Virus record (IMG/VR): IMGVR_UViG_3300047319_001547
Span: 31,061 to 95,060 of that record
Reading direction: 5' to 3' (one strand)
Source of the DNA: a virus
DNA: 64,000 nt
The notes under the pieces were generated by a model. The model was given only the letters and a program-made list of their open reading frames with translations. It searched no databases and was not told where the DNA came from. Positions 46,963 to 56,922 of this stretch are shown piece after piece; position 1 is the first letter of the stretch; every line of letters begins with the position of its first letter. The position numbers and the translations under genes are program-made.

Positions 46963-49041
46963 ATGACCAGTCCCGCGTGGGAGAAGTCGATGAACCCCGA
47001 GCAGCTCGAGGCGATTCGCCACGAGTCCGGGCCCCTGCAGCTCCTAGCGCAGGCGGGGAGCGGGAAGACGCGAGTCGCGGTCCACCGGGTGGCGCGCCTC
47101 ATCGAGGAGTGCGGAGTGCCGGCCGACCGGATCTTCCTGGTGACCTTTTCGAGGAAGGCCGCCGACGAGATGGACGCGCGAGTCCGATTCATGGGAATCA
47201 GCGGCGTGGCGTGCCAGACCTGGCATGCCTTCTGTCTGCGCGTTCTGCGCGAGGACGGGTGCGAGCAGTCGCGCTGGACGGTCGACGAGAAGGACCGCGC
47301 GAAGGTGTTCGTCAAGAAGGCGATGGGTCACGAGCACGAGAACTGGAAGGGCGGAGACCTGACGAAGGTCCGGCGCTTCATCGGCTGCTGCAAGGCGAAC
47401 ATCTGGGAGCCCGACTCCGACGGAGCGCGCGCTCTGGCGGCGAAGACGTTCGGCTCGAACGCCAACCGGGCGATCCGCGTCTTCTCGATCTCGCAGAACC
47501 TGATCGAGACCGCCGGGCTGCTGACGTTCGACGACATGCTGGTGTTCGCGCACCGCCACCTGAGTGAGGAGACGTTCCGCGAGACGTGGGCGGGCCGGTT
47601 CGACTACGTGATTCAGGACGAGGCGCAGGACGCGAACGCCATCCAGTGCGCGATCGCCGAGCAGCTCTCGCGCGACCACCGGAACTACATGATCGTCGGC
47701 GACCCGGCGCAGTCCATCTTTGGGTTCCGCGGAAGCTCGCCGAAGTTCATCGCGGAGTTCGCCGACACCTGGGGAGCGCGACGGATCGCGATGTGCCGGA
47801 ACTACAGGAGTGGCAGCTCGATTGTAGCTGCAGCTAACACGATCATCCGGCCCGCCGAGTTCCGGCTGCCGGAGGACATGATCGCGGAGCGTGACGGCGG
47901 GAAGCTGGAGGGGCGAGTCGAGATCGTCGCGGCCGACACGCTCGAGGACGAGGCTCGCGAATTCGTCGACTTCGCGAAGGCGCAGATCGAGGGCGGACGT
48001 CACCCGGCCGACATGTGCGTGATCTTCCGGTTGAACGCCCAGAGCCGAGCGCTCGAGGAGGCGCTGCTGAAGGCCAAGCTGCCGTACGTGCTGATCGGCG
48101 GGACGAACTTCTACGAGCGCAAGGAGGTCAAAGACCTGCTGGCGTATCTGCGCGTCGCGACCGGCAAGGATCGGGACGGCGACGCGGTCCGGCGCTGCAT
48201 CAACGCGCCGTTCCGGTTCCTCGGCGCGCGGTTCGTCGAGAAGGTCATGCAGGCCCGCCAGGAAGTGATCGACGAGGATTCGCAGAGCTACACGTGGACG
48301 AGCGTCGTGAGTCGCGCCGCGGAGCTGACCGGCATTCAGCGCCGGCAGTCCGACAGCGCGCACGTGTGGGTTCAGATCATCGACGACGTCGCGGCGATGA
48401 CGCAGGACCCGGAGAAGACCCCGTTCGACGTGCTGGACGCGGTCGTGCGTCGAACCGGCTACATCACGTGGCTCGAGCAGGAGGAGGGCGAGGAGTCGAT
48501 CGAGAGCTCGCACGCCGCGAACGTCCGGGAGCTCCTGAGGGTCGCGCAGAACTTCAAGACGGTCGAAGACCTGCTGGACTACGTGGACCAGAACGTCCGG
48601 GACTCCGCGAAGCAGAAGCGCCGGGGCAACGGCGACAAGTCCATCACGCTGATTAGCATCCACCGCTCGAAGGGACTCGAGTGGCCGATCGTCTGGGTGG
48701 TGGGGGTGAATGACTCGATCCTCCCGCACATCAAGGGCGACATCGAGGAGGAGCGCCGCCTGATGTACGTTGCGGCGACGCGCGCCCGCGATCATCTGGT
48801 GATCTCTCACGTGCGCGAGATGGCGACCCGCACCGGCCTGCGGACGGTCGAGCGATCGCAGTTTCTGGAGGGCATTGAGCCGCAAAATCCAAATACGGGT
48901 TTCCAACTTGATTTAGTGGAATCGGGGGAAATAACGATAGGTCGCCGCCCAGTCTTCATAGGCGTCGACATGGGATTTGGGGAGGATTCGAACACGACGG
49001 TCGTCATCGAAAACGGCGATGTTGTGGAGGTGATGTCGTGA
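46963..49041 (+). CDS. uvrD: UvrD/PcrA SF1 helicase
   Basis: AQAGSGKT, DEAQD, VGDPAQSIFGFRG, NYRS, SKGLEW, EERRLMYVAATRA. Confidence 0.92.
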   Translation: MTSPAWEKSMNPEQLEAIRHESGPLQLLAQAGSGKTRVAVHRVARLIEECGVPADRIFLVTFSRKAADEMDARVRFMGISGVACQTWHAFCLRVLREDGCEQSRWTVDEKDRAKVFVKKAMGHEHENWKGGDLTKVRRFIGCCKANIWEPDSDGARALAAKTFGSNANRAIRVFSISQNLIETAGLLTFDDMLVFAHRHLSEETFRETWAGRFDYVIQDEAQDANAIQCAIAEQLSRDHRNYMIVGDPAQSIFGFRGSSPKFIAEFADTWGARRIAMCRNYRSGSSIVAAANTIIRPAEFRLPEDMIAERDGGKLEGRVEIVAADTLEDEAREFVDFAKAQIEGGRHPADMCVIFRLNAQSRALEEALLKAKLPYVLIGGTNFYERKEVKDLLAYLRVATGKDRDGDAVRRCINAPFRFLGARFVEKVMQARQEVIDEDSQSYTWTSVVSRAAELTGIQRRQSDSAHVWVQIIDDVAAMTQDPEKTPFDVLDAVVRRTGYITWLEQEEGEESIESSHAANVRELLRVAQNFKTVEDLLDYVDQNVRDSAKQKRRGNGDKSITLISIHRSKGLEWPIVWVVGVNDSILPHIKGDIEEERRLMYVAATRARDHLVISHVREMATRTGLRTVERSQFLEGIEPQNPNTGFQLDLVESGEITIGRRPVFIGVDMGFGEDSNTTVVIENGDVVEVMS

Positions 49042-49220
49042 CCTGTTGCCGGGACTATTGCGGGACAATTCGGTTGATCACTGGGAACTATTTTCTCGTC
49101 TGCCGGAGCTGCGGCGCGAAAGTTCCTGTGGCGCAACATATCGCGCCAGCAAGACTCGAGAAGGTCCGCGCAGCTGTCTCGGATTTGCTTGCGCGATTGT
49201 CGGAGAAAAATCTCAACTAA
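49038..49220 (+). CDS. Small Zn-ribbon protein
   Basis: CRDYC...CRSC; GTGA coupling. Confidence 0.45.
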   Translation: MTCCRDYCGTIRLITGNYFLVCRSCGAKVPVAQHIAPARLEKVRAAVSDLLARLSEKNLN

Positions 49221-49235
49221 AAGGAACGAAGTGAG

Positions 49236-51137
49236 ATGAAATCCCACCACAACGCTAAGGCGATCGAAGCTCAGTACGAGGTGAGGATCGGCGGCGATTC
49301 TCGCTGGCAGCATCAGGCGCGAGATCTCCGAGATCTGCGTCGGGCTACTTCCGGGGATTCGTGGCGCGTTCTTTACGTGGCCTTCATGGGCAGCGGGAAG
49401 ACGGTCGTCGCCGCGAAGCTCGTGAACGAGTGGGTGGCCGCCGGCCAGCGCGCCCTGGTGCTGACCCACCGCCAGGAGATCCTCGAGCAGACGGACGCGA
49501 AGCTACGGAAGGCCGGGATCTCGGAGGAGAAGATCGGCATCATCTGGCGCGACAGCCCGCGCGCAAATCCGTCCGCTCCCGTCCAGCTGGCGAGCATCGA
49601 CACGCTTGTGCGACGAGATCGCCCGGAGGGCATCACCCGAATCGTCATCGACGAGGCGCATCACGCCGCCGCCGCGAAGTGGCGGAAGGTACTGGCGTGG
49701 TATCCGGGCGTCCCGATTCTCGGCATGACCGCCACCCCCGAGCGTCTCGACGGCAAGCCGTTAGGCGATCTGTTCGACACGATGGTGGAGAGCGATCCGC
49801 CCGAGACACTCATCAACGCCGGCACGATCTCCCGCCCGGAGGTCTACGGGCGAGACGACGACTGGATGCCCGACATGACGGGCAGCAAGAAGCGCGGTGG
49901 AGATTGGCGTCCCGAGGACGCAGCGGCCGCGATGTCCGGGACTGTCATCGTCGGGTCGATCCCGGGTCACTGGCGCAAGCACGCCGAGAACCTGCCGACC
50001 GTAGGGTTCGCCGCGACGGTCGCGCAGGCCGAGGGGCTGGTCGCTGCCTTCATGAAAGCGGGGATACGCGCCGAGCTGCTGGTCGGCACGATGAACTCGT
50101 TCCGGCGCCGGGGAGCACTTGCGAGGCTGAAGAGCGGCGAGACGAAGGTGCTGTGGACGTGCGACGTTCTGGGCGAGGGGTGGGATTACCCGGGGGCGCG
50201 CTGCGCCATCTTGGCCCGCCAGACGTGCTCGCTGGCTCGTTACCTTCAGTGGTGCGGGCGCGTCATGAGGGCGGGCGCCGTCACGCCGAAGATTCTCGAC
50301 CACTGCGGGAACTACAGCATCCACCAGGGGCCACCCTGGCAGGACCAAGAGTGGGATCTCCACAAGAAGAGAGGAGACCGGAAGATCGTCGCGCGGAAGG
50401 CAGAGGGAGGGCGCGTCGAGTGGCTGCCGCCTGTCCAGATCGAGGGGCAGTTGGTGCGGTTGGGAGAGAAGCCGAGACAGAGGGTTTGCGCAGGAATCCC
50501 CGGGAGAAATTGTGATAAAATCCCTCATAGGGCGGCGTTTTATTCGAAGCAAATTCAAAGCCGACGCGGCGAACCGTGGCGATGCAAATCGTGCGCCGCT
50601 CATCCGAATGTTCTGCTGCCCCAAGAATATTGTGCTGGGTCGGGTGACGGGCTGCTGTGTAAAAATAAAACGCCCGTACGGGCGTTTTCTCCTAAACAGA
50701 CTCGTTCTAGAAATGGCGAACCGTGGATTTGCCAATCGTGTTTTCTGAAGAAAAGAGATAGACACATAGTAAATAGGCAATTGGTATGTGATGGGTGTTT
50801 TGGCGAGCCTTGCCCGAAGGCGGCAATTCCTCCGCGCAAGGCATTGCATCCGAGCAGTTTTAGAAACCGAGGCGGTCCTTGGAAGTGCGTCAGCTGTGCT
50901 ATGCGTAAAACCGCTCCATCGACGCAGCTTATTTGTGCTGGATGGAAAGGAAAATGCCCAAGCGCAGCGGTTCCCGTCAAGCACGCGTTCAATCCGGCAA
51001 TTGTCAGAAGTCGAAATGGCGAACCGTGGCGATGCAAATCGTGTGGCGCTAGAAAAGCTACAGATACGATTGGTAAAAGTCGGCTGCGAGAGATCAGACA
51101 ACGCGCGTGGGACAGCCGGAAGGGGAAGAAGTCGTGA
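49236..51137 (+). CDS. SF2 DEAH helicase with four C-terminal Cys4 repeats
   Basis: MGSGKT, DEAHH, TATP, EGWD, QWCGRVMR. Confidence 0.85.
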   Translation: MKSHHNAKAIEAQYEVRIGGDSRWQHQARDLRDLRRATSGDSWRVLYVAFMGSGKTVVAAKLVNEWVAAGQRALVLTHRQEILEQTDAKLRKAGISEEKIGIIWRDSPRANPSAPVQLASIDTLVRRDRPEGITRIVIDEAHHAAAAKWRKVLAWYPGVPILGMTATPERLDGKPLGDLFDTMVESDPPETLINAGTISRPEVYGRDDDWMPDMTGSKKRGGDWRPEDAAAAMSGTVIVGSIPGHWRKHAENLPTVGFAATVAQAEGLVAAFMKAGIRAELLVGTMNSFRRRGALARLKSGETKVLWTCDVLGEGWDYPGARCAILARQTCSLARYLQWCGRVMRAGAVTPKILDHCGNYSIHQGPPWQDQEWDLHKKRGDRKIVARKAEGGRVEWLPPVQIEGQLVRLGEKPRQRVCAGIPGRNCDKIPHRAAFYSKQIQSRRGEPWRCKSCAAHPNVLLPQEYCAGSGDGLLCKNKTPVRAFSPKQTRSRNGEPWICQSCFLKKRDRHIVNRQLVCDGCFGEPCPKAAIPPRKALHPSSFRNRGGPWKCVSCAMRKTAPSTQLICAGWKGKCPSAAVPVKHAFNPAIVRSRNGEPWRCKSCGARKATDTIGKSRLREIRQRAWDSRKGKKS

Positions 51138-51853
51138 GCTCCGAAGCGGCGAAGCTTCTCGATGACGCGGCGCACGCGCTCCGCGCCGGCACCATCACGG
51201 CGAACGAGTTCCTGAAGAGGACAGGTCCCCGCTGGCGCTCGACCGCGCGCCATCTCCACACGCGATGGCGCAGGAAGCTGCCGGCGTGGGTGGAGCGTGA
51301 CGACGTCGAGCAGGAGCTGAAGATCTTGGCGGTCGAGTTCGTCCGTACGTGGGACGCGGATCGATCCACCCGGGCGTCCCTCGGCAGCTACGTGATGTGG
51401 TGCGCGGTCCACCGCACGCAGCGCAAGATGGATCACTGGCGCGGCGCGTCCCTGACGGGCAACTCCGGGAAGAACCCAGGACGCCACGAGCTGGCGTTCT
51501 CGCGCGTCTACGACCCGGCGGACGGCGACCCTGGAACTCGAGTTCCAGCTCCCGAAGACGACCCGATCGATCGGCTGGAGTCGGGCGAGCAGTTCGAGAT
51601 CATCCTGGCGCGCTGCCAGACGGTCCGCCAGGCGCTCGTCCTGCTGGCCCTCAGGGCGACCGACGGGGCGGTCGACAAGGCGGCTGACGCCCTCTGGCGG
51701 AACTTCAGGGCCCGCCTGGAGTGCGACCTCAGGAGCGAGCAGCACGCCGCCGAGGTGGTGCGGCGCGTCATCGAGGAGTGCGAGTCCCTGGGGGAGGCGC
51801 CGGCCGACGTCCGGCCGCCCGCCGACCTGTTCGACGAAGTCGGCGCGGCATAG
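51134..51853 (+). CDS. Sigma70-family-like factor
   Basis: Region-2-like DDVEQE...AV..WDADR...SLGSYV. Confidence 0.6.
   Translation: MSSEAAKLLDDAAHALRAGTITANEFLKRTGPRWRSTARHLHTRWRRKLPAWVERDDVEQELKILAVEFVRTWDADRSTRASLGSYVMWCAVHRTQRKMDHWRGASLTGNSGKNPGRHELAFSRVYDPADGDPGTRVPAPEDDPIDRLESGEQFEIILARCQTVRQALVLLALRATDGAVDKAADALWRNFRARLECDLRSEQHAAEVVRRVIEECESLGEAPADVRPPADLFDEVGAA
51532..51547. repeat. Palindrome copy 12 (inside sigma-like gene, GTRVP)
   Basis: Exact match. Confidence 0.97.
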
Positions 51854-51864
51854 CGGAGATCAAG

Positions 51865-52857
51865 ATGGAGAAGCCCGACTTTTCGAAGCTCGACCCCGAG
51901 TCGATGTATCCCGTCCTGCTGCAGTTCGGACTGCAGACGAGCGGCGACCACGCGATCCACGCCGAGCGGCTGTTCGAGTACTTCGCCGACCGTAAGGATC
52001 TGTCGGGCCCGTGCGACAACTGCGGCGCCTGCTCGCCGAACCTGCTCGCCGTCTGCCCGTTCTGCGGCGTCGGCGAAGAAGCTCCCCCGGTGGCATCCGT
52101 GCTGGCCGGCGCCGTCCCACTGCCCCCACCCAAGACTCTCAAGGAGAAGCCGATGACGACCAGCATCACCAAGTCCGCGCCCGACACCGTCCAGACCGCA
52201 TCCGTGAAGCTGCTCGATCAGGCGGTCGCAGACATCAAGCGCATCCAGGCGACGCTCGGCGCCAACTCGTGGGCGCTGGCGGTCAAGCTCACGCAGGTGA
52301 ACGAGAGCGAGATCTGGAAGACGCGCCGCAACGAGGTCGGGACGGTCGCCTACAAGACGTTCGAGCAGTTCACCAAAGCGGAGGTGGGGTTCGGCCGCAA
52401 GCAGGCGCAGGACCTGATGCGCATCCAGGCCAACTTCACCGAGCAGGAGGTGTCTGACTACGGCTCGTCGAAGCTGCGTCTGGTCCTTCAGGCGGCGCCG
52501 GAGATGAAGTCGCGGCTGCTCGGCCGCATCAAGGCGGGCGCCTCCACGAAGGAGGTCGAACAAGAGGCGAGGAAGAACCCGGCGGACCCGAAGAAGAGTC
52601 ACGCCCAGAAGCGCAGCAAGAAGCCGGTCGCGACGAACGCCATCACGGTCGCGCAGATCGAGGGCAAGAAGATCGTCCGCGCGTACGCGAAGCCGTCGGG
52701 CAAGAAGGACGCCGAGCTGGTGCCGGCCACGAAGATCTCCGACGTGCCGTGGGGGCACATCGACCTGGCGAACGACGTGAGGCTGTTCATCAGCCTGATC
52801 GCGGCGCCGTCCGGTGAGCTCTCCTTCAGGCTCGACTTCAAGCGCAACGAGAAGTGA
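51865..52857 (+). CDS. Zn-finger + HTH-like putative DNA-binding protein
   Basis: CDNC...CPFC; YKTFEQF...VGFGRKQAQDLMRI. Confidence 0.55.
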   Translation: MEKPDFSKLDPESMYPVLLQFGLQTSGDHAIHAERLFEYFADRKDLSGPCDNCGACSPNLLAVCPFCGVGEEAPPVASVLAGAVPLPPPKTLKEKPMTTSITKSAPDTVQTASVKLLDQAVADIKRIQATLGANSWALAVKLTQVNESEIWKTRRNEVGTVAYKTFEQFTKAEVGFGRKQAQDLMRIQANFTEQEVSDYGSSKLRLVLQAAPEMKSRLLGRIKAGASTKEVEQEARKNPADPKKSHAQKRSKKPVATNAITVAQIEGKKIVRAYAKPSGKKDAELVPATKISDVPWGHIDLANDVRLFISLIAAPSGELSFRLDFKRNEK

Positions 52858-53042
52858 AGATCGACGCGCTGCGCGAGATGCGGCGCCTCCAGGGCGTGAG
52901 GGTCGCGAACGCGTCTAGGGGTGCCCGGGATCGCGAGATGCTGATCTACCGCCAGCTGGAGGCGAGGATCCGGCGAGAGGAGATCGAACGTGGTGAATCG
53001 GTGGAAGCATCAAGAGGGAACGTTCCTCACCCGGAGGGGTGA
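52854..53042 (+). CDS. Small hypothetical protein
   Basis: GTGA coupling. Confidence 0.4.
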   Translation: MKIDALREMRRLQGVRVANASRGARDREMLIYRQLEARIRREEIERGESVEASRGNVPHPEG

Positions 53043-53186
53043 GGGACCGCGCCGGATGGTCCCGATCAAACTCGGTGAGGTCGTCGAGGGATTTGAAACC
53101 CCGGGGCCGCTGCCCGACGGAATGCGGCCTGAGACCGACGAGGAGTGGCGCGATCGCCTGAAGCTGGCACTGCGCCGCGTGCTTGC

Positions 53187-55733
53187 GTGAACGAACCGGC
53201 GTACGTCAACGGGTTCGTCGACGGCGCCGATCTGGTGCTGCTCTACCGAGACGACGCCGGGCAGATGATGGCGCGCAGGAAGCGCGCCGAGTGGTCGAAC
53301 TTCTTCCGGCGCGCTGATGTCCCAGAACGCGTGTTGCGCGACCTGCGCAACAGCAGCCGCGTGGTGGGGATCTCCGAGGAGGGGGAGTGGACGCGGGTCC
53401 GCTGGCAGGCTCCCGAGTGGCGCCGGAAGATCTTCGGGCTGGAGCGCGGCCGCGATTCGGTCGACTTCTTCAAGTCGGAGCTCGGCATCGATCACTTCGA
53501 GGCGGACGTGGATCCGATCCGCCGCTTCTTCTCCGACACGGGCGCCGAGGTGGCGCTCCCGCGCCGCGCCTACCTGGACATCGAGACCGACTCGCGCGTC
53601 TCGCCCGTCCTGGCCCGCCAGGGAAAGGCGCGCGTCCTCTGCTGGACGCTCTGCCGGGAGGACGAGAGCATCATCGCCCAGGGGTGTCTGGCGGAGGAGA
53701 GCGACGAGGCGGAGGCCGCCATTCTGGAGCACCTCTGGCGGTCGCTGGAGCCGTACGACCAGGTGGTGGCGTGGTACGGCGACGGGTTCGACCATCCGAT
53801 CGTCCGCATGCGGGCAGACATCGTCGGGGCGCGCCACAAGGACTTCCGTCGCTGGCTGTTCGTCGACCACATGGTGGTGTTCGAGCGCAACAACAAGAAC
53901 AGCGCGGAGTCGGGCGACGAGAAGGTGAGCCTGAAGCTTCAGGACGTCGCGATGGCGAAGGTGGGCGAGGGCAAGTCCGATTTCGACGCGTCCAAGACGT
54001 ACGAGGAGTGGGCGGCCGGGGGAGAGCGGCGCCAGCGGATGGTCGACTACTGCGCGCAGGACACTCGACTGCTGCCGAAGATCGAGAAGAAGACGGGATA
54101 CCTGGCGCTGCACGACGCGGTCTGCGTCGTCACGCGCTGCTTCTCGGAGACGCGCTCCGCGCAGCCCACGATCTTCGTCGACGGCTTCATGCTGCGGCTC
54201 GGCGCCGAGCGGAACCTGCACTTCCCGACGCGGAAGTACCAGTTCGAAGAGGAGAAGAAGGACCACAAGAAGTTCCGCGGCGCCTGGGTGATGGAGCCGA
54301 CCAAGAAGGGAATCGTCAAGAACGTCCACGTGGCGGACTTCTCGGGCATGTATCCGAGCATCATCGAGACGTGGAACATGTCGCCGGAGACGAAGCGCGA
54401 CATCCCGGTGAACGGTCCGATCCCGCCCGGCCACTGCCGGGCACCGTCGACCCGCATCGGGTTCGTGACGAGCCCGCAGGGCATCCTGGCGTTCGCGGTC
54501 GAGGAAATAGGTCGCACGCGGAAGGTCTGGAGCAAGAAGCAGGCGGCGCTGCCGCCCGGCACGCCCGAGTGGCGCTACGCCGGGCAGCTCTCGATGGCGT
54601 TCAAGGTCGTTCGCAATTCGTTCTACGGAGTCGCCGGCAGCCCGGCCGCGCGGTTCTTCGATCCCCAGATCGCGGAGTCGATCACGCAGAACGGCGTCTG
54701 GCTGATTCAGATGACGATCAACGAGGGGGACAAGCGCGGGATCGAAGCCATCTACGGCGACACCGACGCGCTGAATGCCACCCAGACGACGCGCGAGCGG
54801 TTCGCGGAGTTCGTCGAGTGGTGCAACCGGGAGCTCTATCCGCCCGCCATCGCGGCGACGGGCTGCACGGAGAACCGCGTCGAGATCGCCTACGAGAAGG
54901 AATTCGAGCGAATCGTCTACGTCTCATCGAAGCGGTACTGCGCGACGTGGGCTCACTACAAGTGGACGGCGTCCTGCAGCTGCACGACCGACAAGGGCGA
55001 GCCGGGCGCGCTCGACATCCGGACGATGACGTGCCGGGACTGCGGACTCCATCACGCCGCGCTGCCGCCGCCCCGGGGCGAGCCGGAGGTGAAGGGACTC
55101 GAGTACAAGCGGGGAGACGCAGCCAAGCTGGCGCGCGCCCTTCAGTGGAGCTGCATCCAGAAGCTGATGGTCGACCTCTCAGAGGAGCCGACCGACTTCG
55201 TGCCGATCGTCGAGAAGATGCGCGACTACGTGCTGACGGGGGATCTGCCGGTGAAGGAGGTGCAGATCTCGAAGTCGATCTCGAAGTCGCTGAAGGAGTA
55301 CGCGACCAAGGAGAAGAAGGACGGAACGCCGACCGAGGATCTGGCGCACGTGAAGATCGGGAAGATCCTGCGCGAGCGAGGCCAGCAGATCGTCGAGGGA
55401 ACGCGGATCTTCTACTACGTGGTGGACGCGTCGGTGTCGCCCCAGATCGTCGCGCCGGCCGACGACTACGCGGGCGAGTGCGACCGCCACTACCTCTGGG
55501 ACTCTCTCATATGGCCCGCGACCGGCCGGCTGCTGGCGGCCGCCTTCCCGGATCACGACTGGAGCCCGTACGAGAAGACGCGCCCGCGGAAGGTGCGGGG
55601 ATCGTCGAAGGAGCAGACCGCGTTCGACCTGCCTGGAACTCGAGTTCCAACTCAGCGTCGCGGCGGCCGCGGTGCACCGCTCGGCCAGGGGGCGCTGTTC
55701 GACCTGCCGTCGCCGGCGGCATCAAGCAAGTAG
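53187..55733 (+). CDS. polB: Family B DNA polymerase
   Basis: ExoI LDIETD, DFSGMYPSII, KVVRNSFYG, YGDTD, KRY. Confidence 0.93.
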   Translation: MNEPAYVNGFVDGADLVLLYRDDAGQMMARRKRAEWSNFFRRADVPERVLRDLRNSSRVVGISEEGEWTRVRWQAPEWRRKIFGLERGRDSVDFFKSELGIDHFEADVDPIRRFFSDTGAEVALPRRAYLDIETDSRVSPVLARQGKARVLCWTLCREDESIIAQGCLAEESDEAEAAILEHLWRSLEPYDQVVAWYGDGFDHPIVRMRADIVGARHKDFRRWLFVDHMVVFERNNKNSAESGDEKVSLKLQDVAMAKVGEGKSDFDASKTYEEWAAGGERRQRMVDYCAQDTRLLPKIEKKTGYLALHDAVCVVTRCFSETRSAQPTIFVDGFMLRLGAERNLHFPTRKYQFEEEKKDHKKFRGAWVMEPTKKGIVKNVHVADFSGMYPSIIETWNMSPETKRDIPVNGPIPPGHCRAPSTRIGFVTSPQGILAFAVEEIGRTRKVWSKKQAALPPGTPEWRYAGQLSMAFKVVRNSFYGVAGSPAARFFDPQIAESITQNGVWLIQMTINEGDKRGIEAIYGDTDALNATQTTRERFAEFVEWCNRELYPPAIAATGCTENRVEIAYEKEFERIVYVSSKRYCATWAHYKWTASCSCTTDKGEPGALDIRTMTCRDCGLHHAALPPPRGEPEVKGLEYKRGDAAKLARALQWSCIQKLMVDLSEEPTDFVPIVEKMRDYVLTGDLPVKEVQISKSISKSLKEYATKEKKDGTPTEDLAHVKIGKILRERGQQIVEGTRIFYYVVDASVSPQIVAPADDYAGECDRHYLWDSLIWPATGRLLAAAFPDHDWSPYEKTRPRKVRGSSKEQTAFDLPGTRVPTQRRGGRGAPLGQGALFDLPSPAASSK
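55634..55649. repeat. Palindrome copy 13 (inside PolB C-terminal tail, GTRVP)
   Basis: Exact match. Confidence 0.97.
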
Positions 55734-55744
55734 GGAGAAGATGG

Positions 55745-55954
55745 ATGCCTAAAAATGTTTATTCGATTGCGGCGATCACCACCTTGAGTAATTTGTGCAC
55801 AAGCCGGGGAGGTTCTCCTGAAGAGTCGCGTCAAATGCTCGCGGGGTTCATTGCTGCGACGATTTCTATTGCGATCGCGCTGGATCGAGAGCGCGACGAG
55901 GTGATCGGTTGGGTGAACGAGGGTTGGGATCAGGTAGAAAGAAGTCGTTCATGA
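55745..55954 (+). CDS. Small lower-GC hypothetical protein
   Basis: GGAG RBS; coupled to the next gene. Confidence 0.45.
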   Translation: MPKNVYSIAAITTLSNLCTSRGGSPEESRQMLAGFIAATISIAIALDRERDEVIGWVNEGWDQVERSRS

Positions 55955-56577
55955 GGAAGCGAAGCGAAGCTCAGAGCCTGGCTGACGGGTTGATGAAGCC
56001 GGTCATCTCGACCACCGGCAGTCTTCTTCCCGGTGAAGCGGTTGATCTGAAGACCGAGCCGGTCCGAGCTCCGCTGTTTGCGTCCGCCAACCGCGGGCCC
56101 GGCATCACGCCCGACATGCAGCGGATCGTCGAAGCCGTCTACGCGGTCGACGCGTGGCGCGACTACCAGGATCTGGAGCAGAACCTGGAGATCGGCGACC
56201 AGCGGGGCGACTACAAGACCGTCGCGGCCCACGTGGACGGTGCCGAGAAGCGCGCGCGACGCGCCCACGCCCTCTACCTGTCTGCCAAGCTGGAGCTCCT
56301 GAGGTTCGAGAAGGAGAGCGACAAGGTGCTGTCCGGGATGCGCCAGAAGGCGTCCGAGACGCTCGAGGACGAGAAGTCGGCGGGCGAGCGCCGGAAGGCA
56401 ATCACGAACGAGGACGTGCGGTCGCAGATGGCGGCGATGTTCCCTGACGAGGTGGGGGCCCAGGAGGAGAAGCTCGCGCAGCTGAAGGGCGCGGTCTCTC
56501 ACATGGAGCGGCTGGCCGACCTCTGGAAGAATCGGTGCTTCAGCGCGGGAAACCTTCTGACGACTCTGAGGAAGTGA
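55951..56577 (+). CDS. Coiled-coil protein, UvsY-like recombination mediator candidate
   Basis: Helical; K.IT..DV motif; next to SSB and RecA. Confidence 0.5.
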   Translation: MRKRSEAQSLADGLMKPVISTTGSLLPGEAVDLKTEPVRAPLFASANRGPGITPDMQRIVEAVYAVDAWRDYQDLEQNLEIGDQRGDYKTVAAHVDGAEKRARRAHALYLSAKLELLRFEKESDKVLSGMRQKASETLEDEKSAGERRKAITNEDVRSQMAAMFPDEVGAQEEKLAQLKGAVSHMERLADLWKNRCFSAGNLLTTLRK

Positions 56578-56903
56578 TGAGCCAACTGCACCCGACCGCC
56601 GAAGACGACGCGTTTGCGAGCGGGCACGCCGACGCGGGACTCCGCAAGGCGCTGCGGCGGATCGAACGCCTGGAGGGACTTCTGAAGAGGGTGTGGGCGT
56701 GCCGCCACGTGGGACTGTCCCCCGAGTTGTCCCGCGACATCCCGCAAGCGCTGTCGACCACCCACTACGATGAGGTCGACGATGGTGCGTGGCGATTCCC
56801 AAAGACGCCTATCCGCGCCGCCGTCCAAGCGCGTCAGGATGGATTGCATGATTTGACTGCATTGGAATCGAATGCGGCAATCATAAATAAGAAGCGGGGC
56901 TAG
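56577..56903 (+). CDS. Hypothetical protein
   Basis: TGATG coupling. Confidence 0.45.
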   Translation: MSQLHPTAEDDAFASGHADAGLRKALRRIERLEGLLKRVWACRHVGLSPELSRDIPQALSTTHYDEVDDGAWRFPKTPIRAAVQARQDGLHDLTALESNAAIINKKRG

Positions 56904-56922
56904 GGCCCCAGGAGAAGAGCAG

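Noticed and set aside
50481-51050. Helicase repeats as a DGR template/variable pair
   Set aside because: No reverse transcriptase is present, and the repeats are in-frame protein repeats without adenine-specific differences.
53387-55744. 855-aa alternative-frame ORF overlapping PolB
   Set aside because: Arg/Gly-rich GC artefact; only its last 69 codons (55745-55954) look like a gene.
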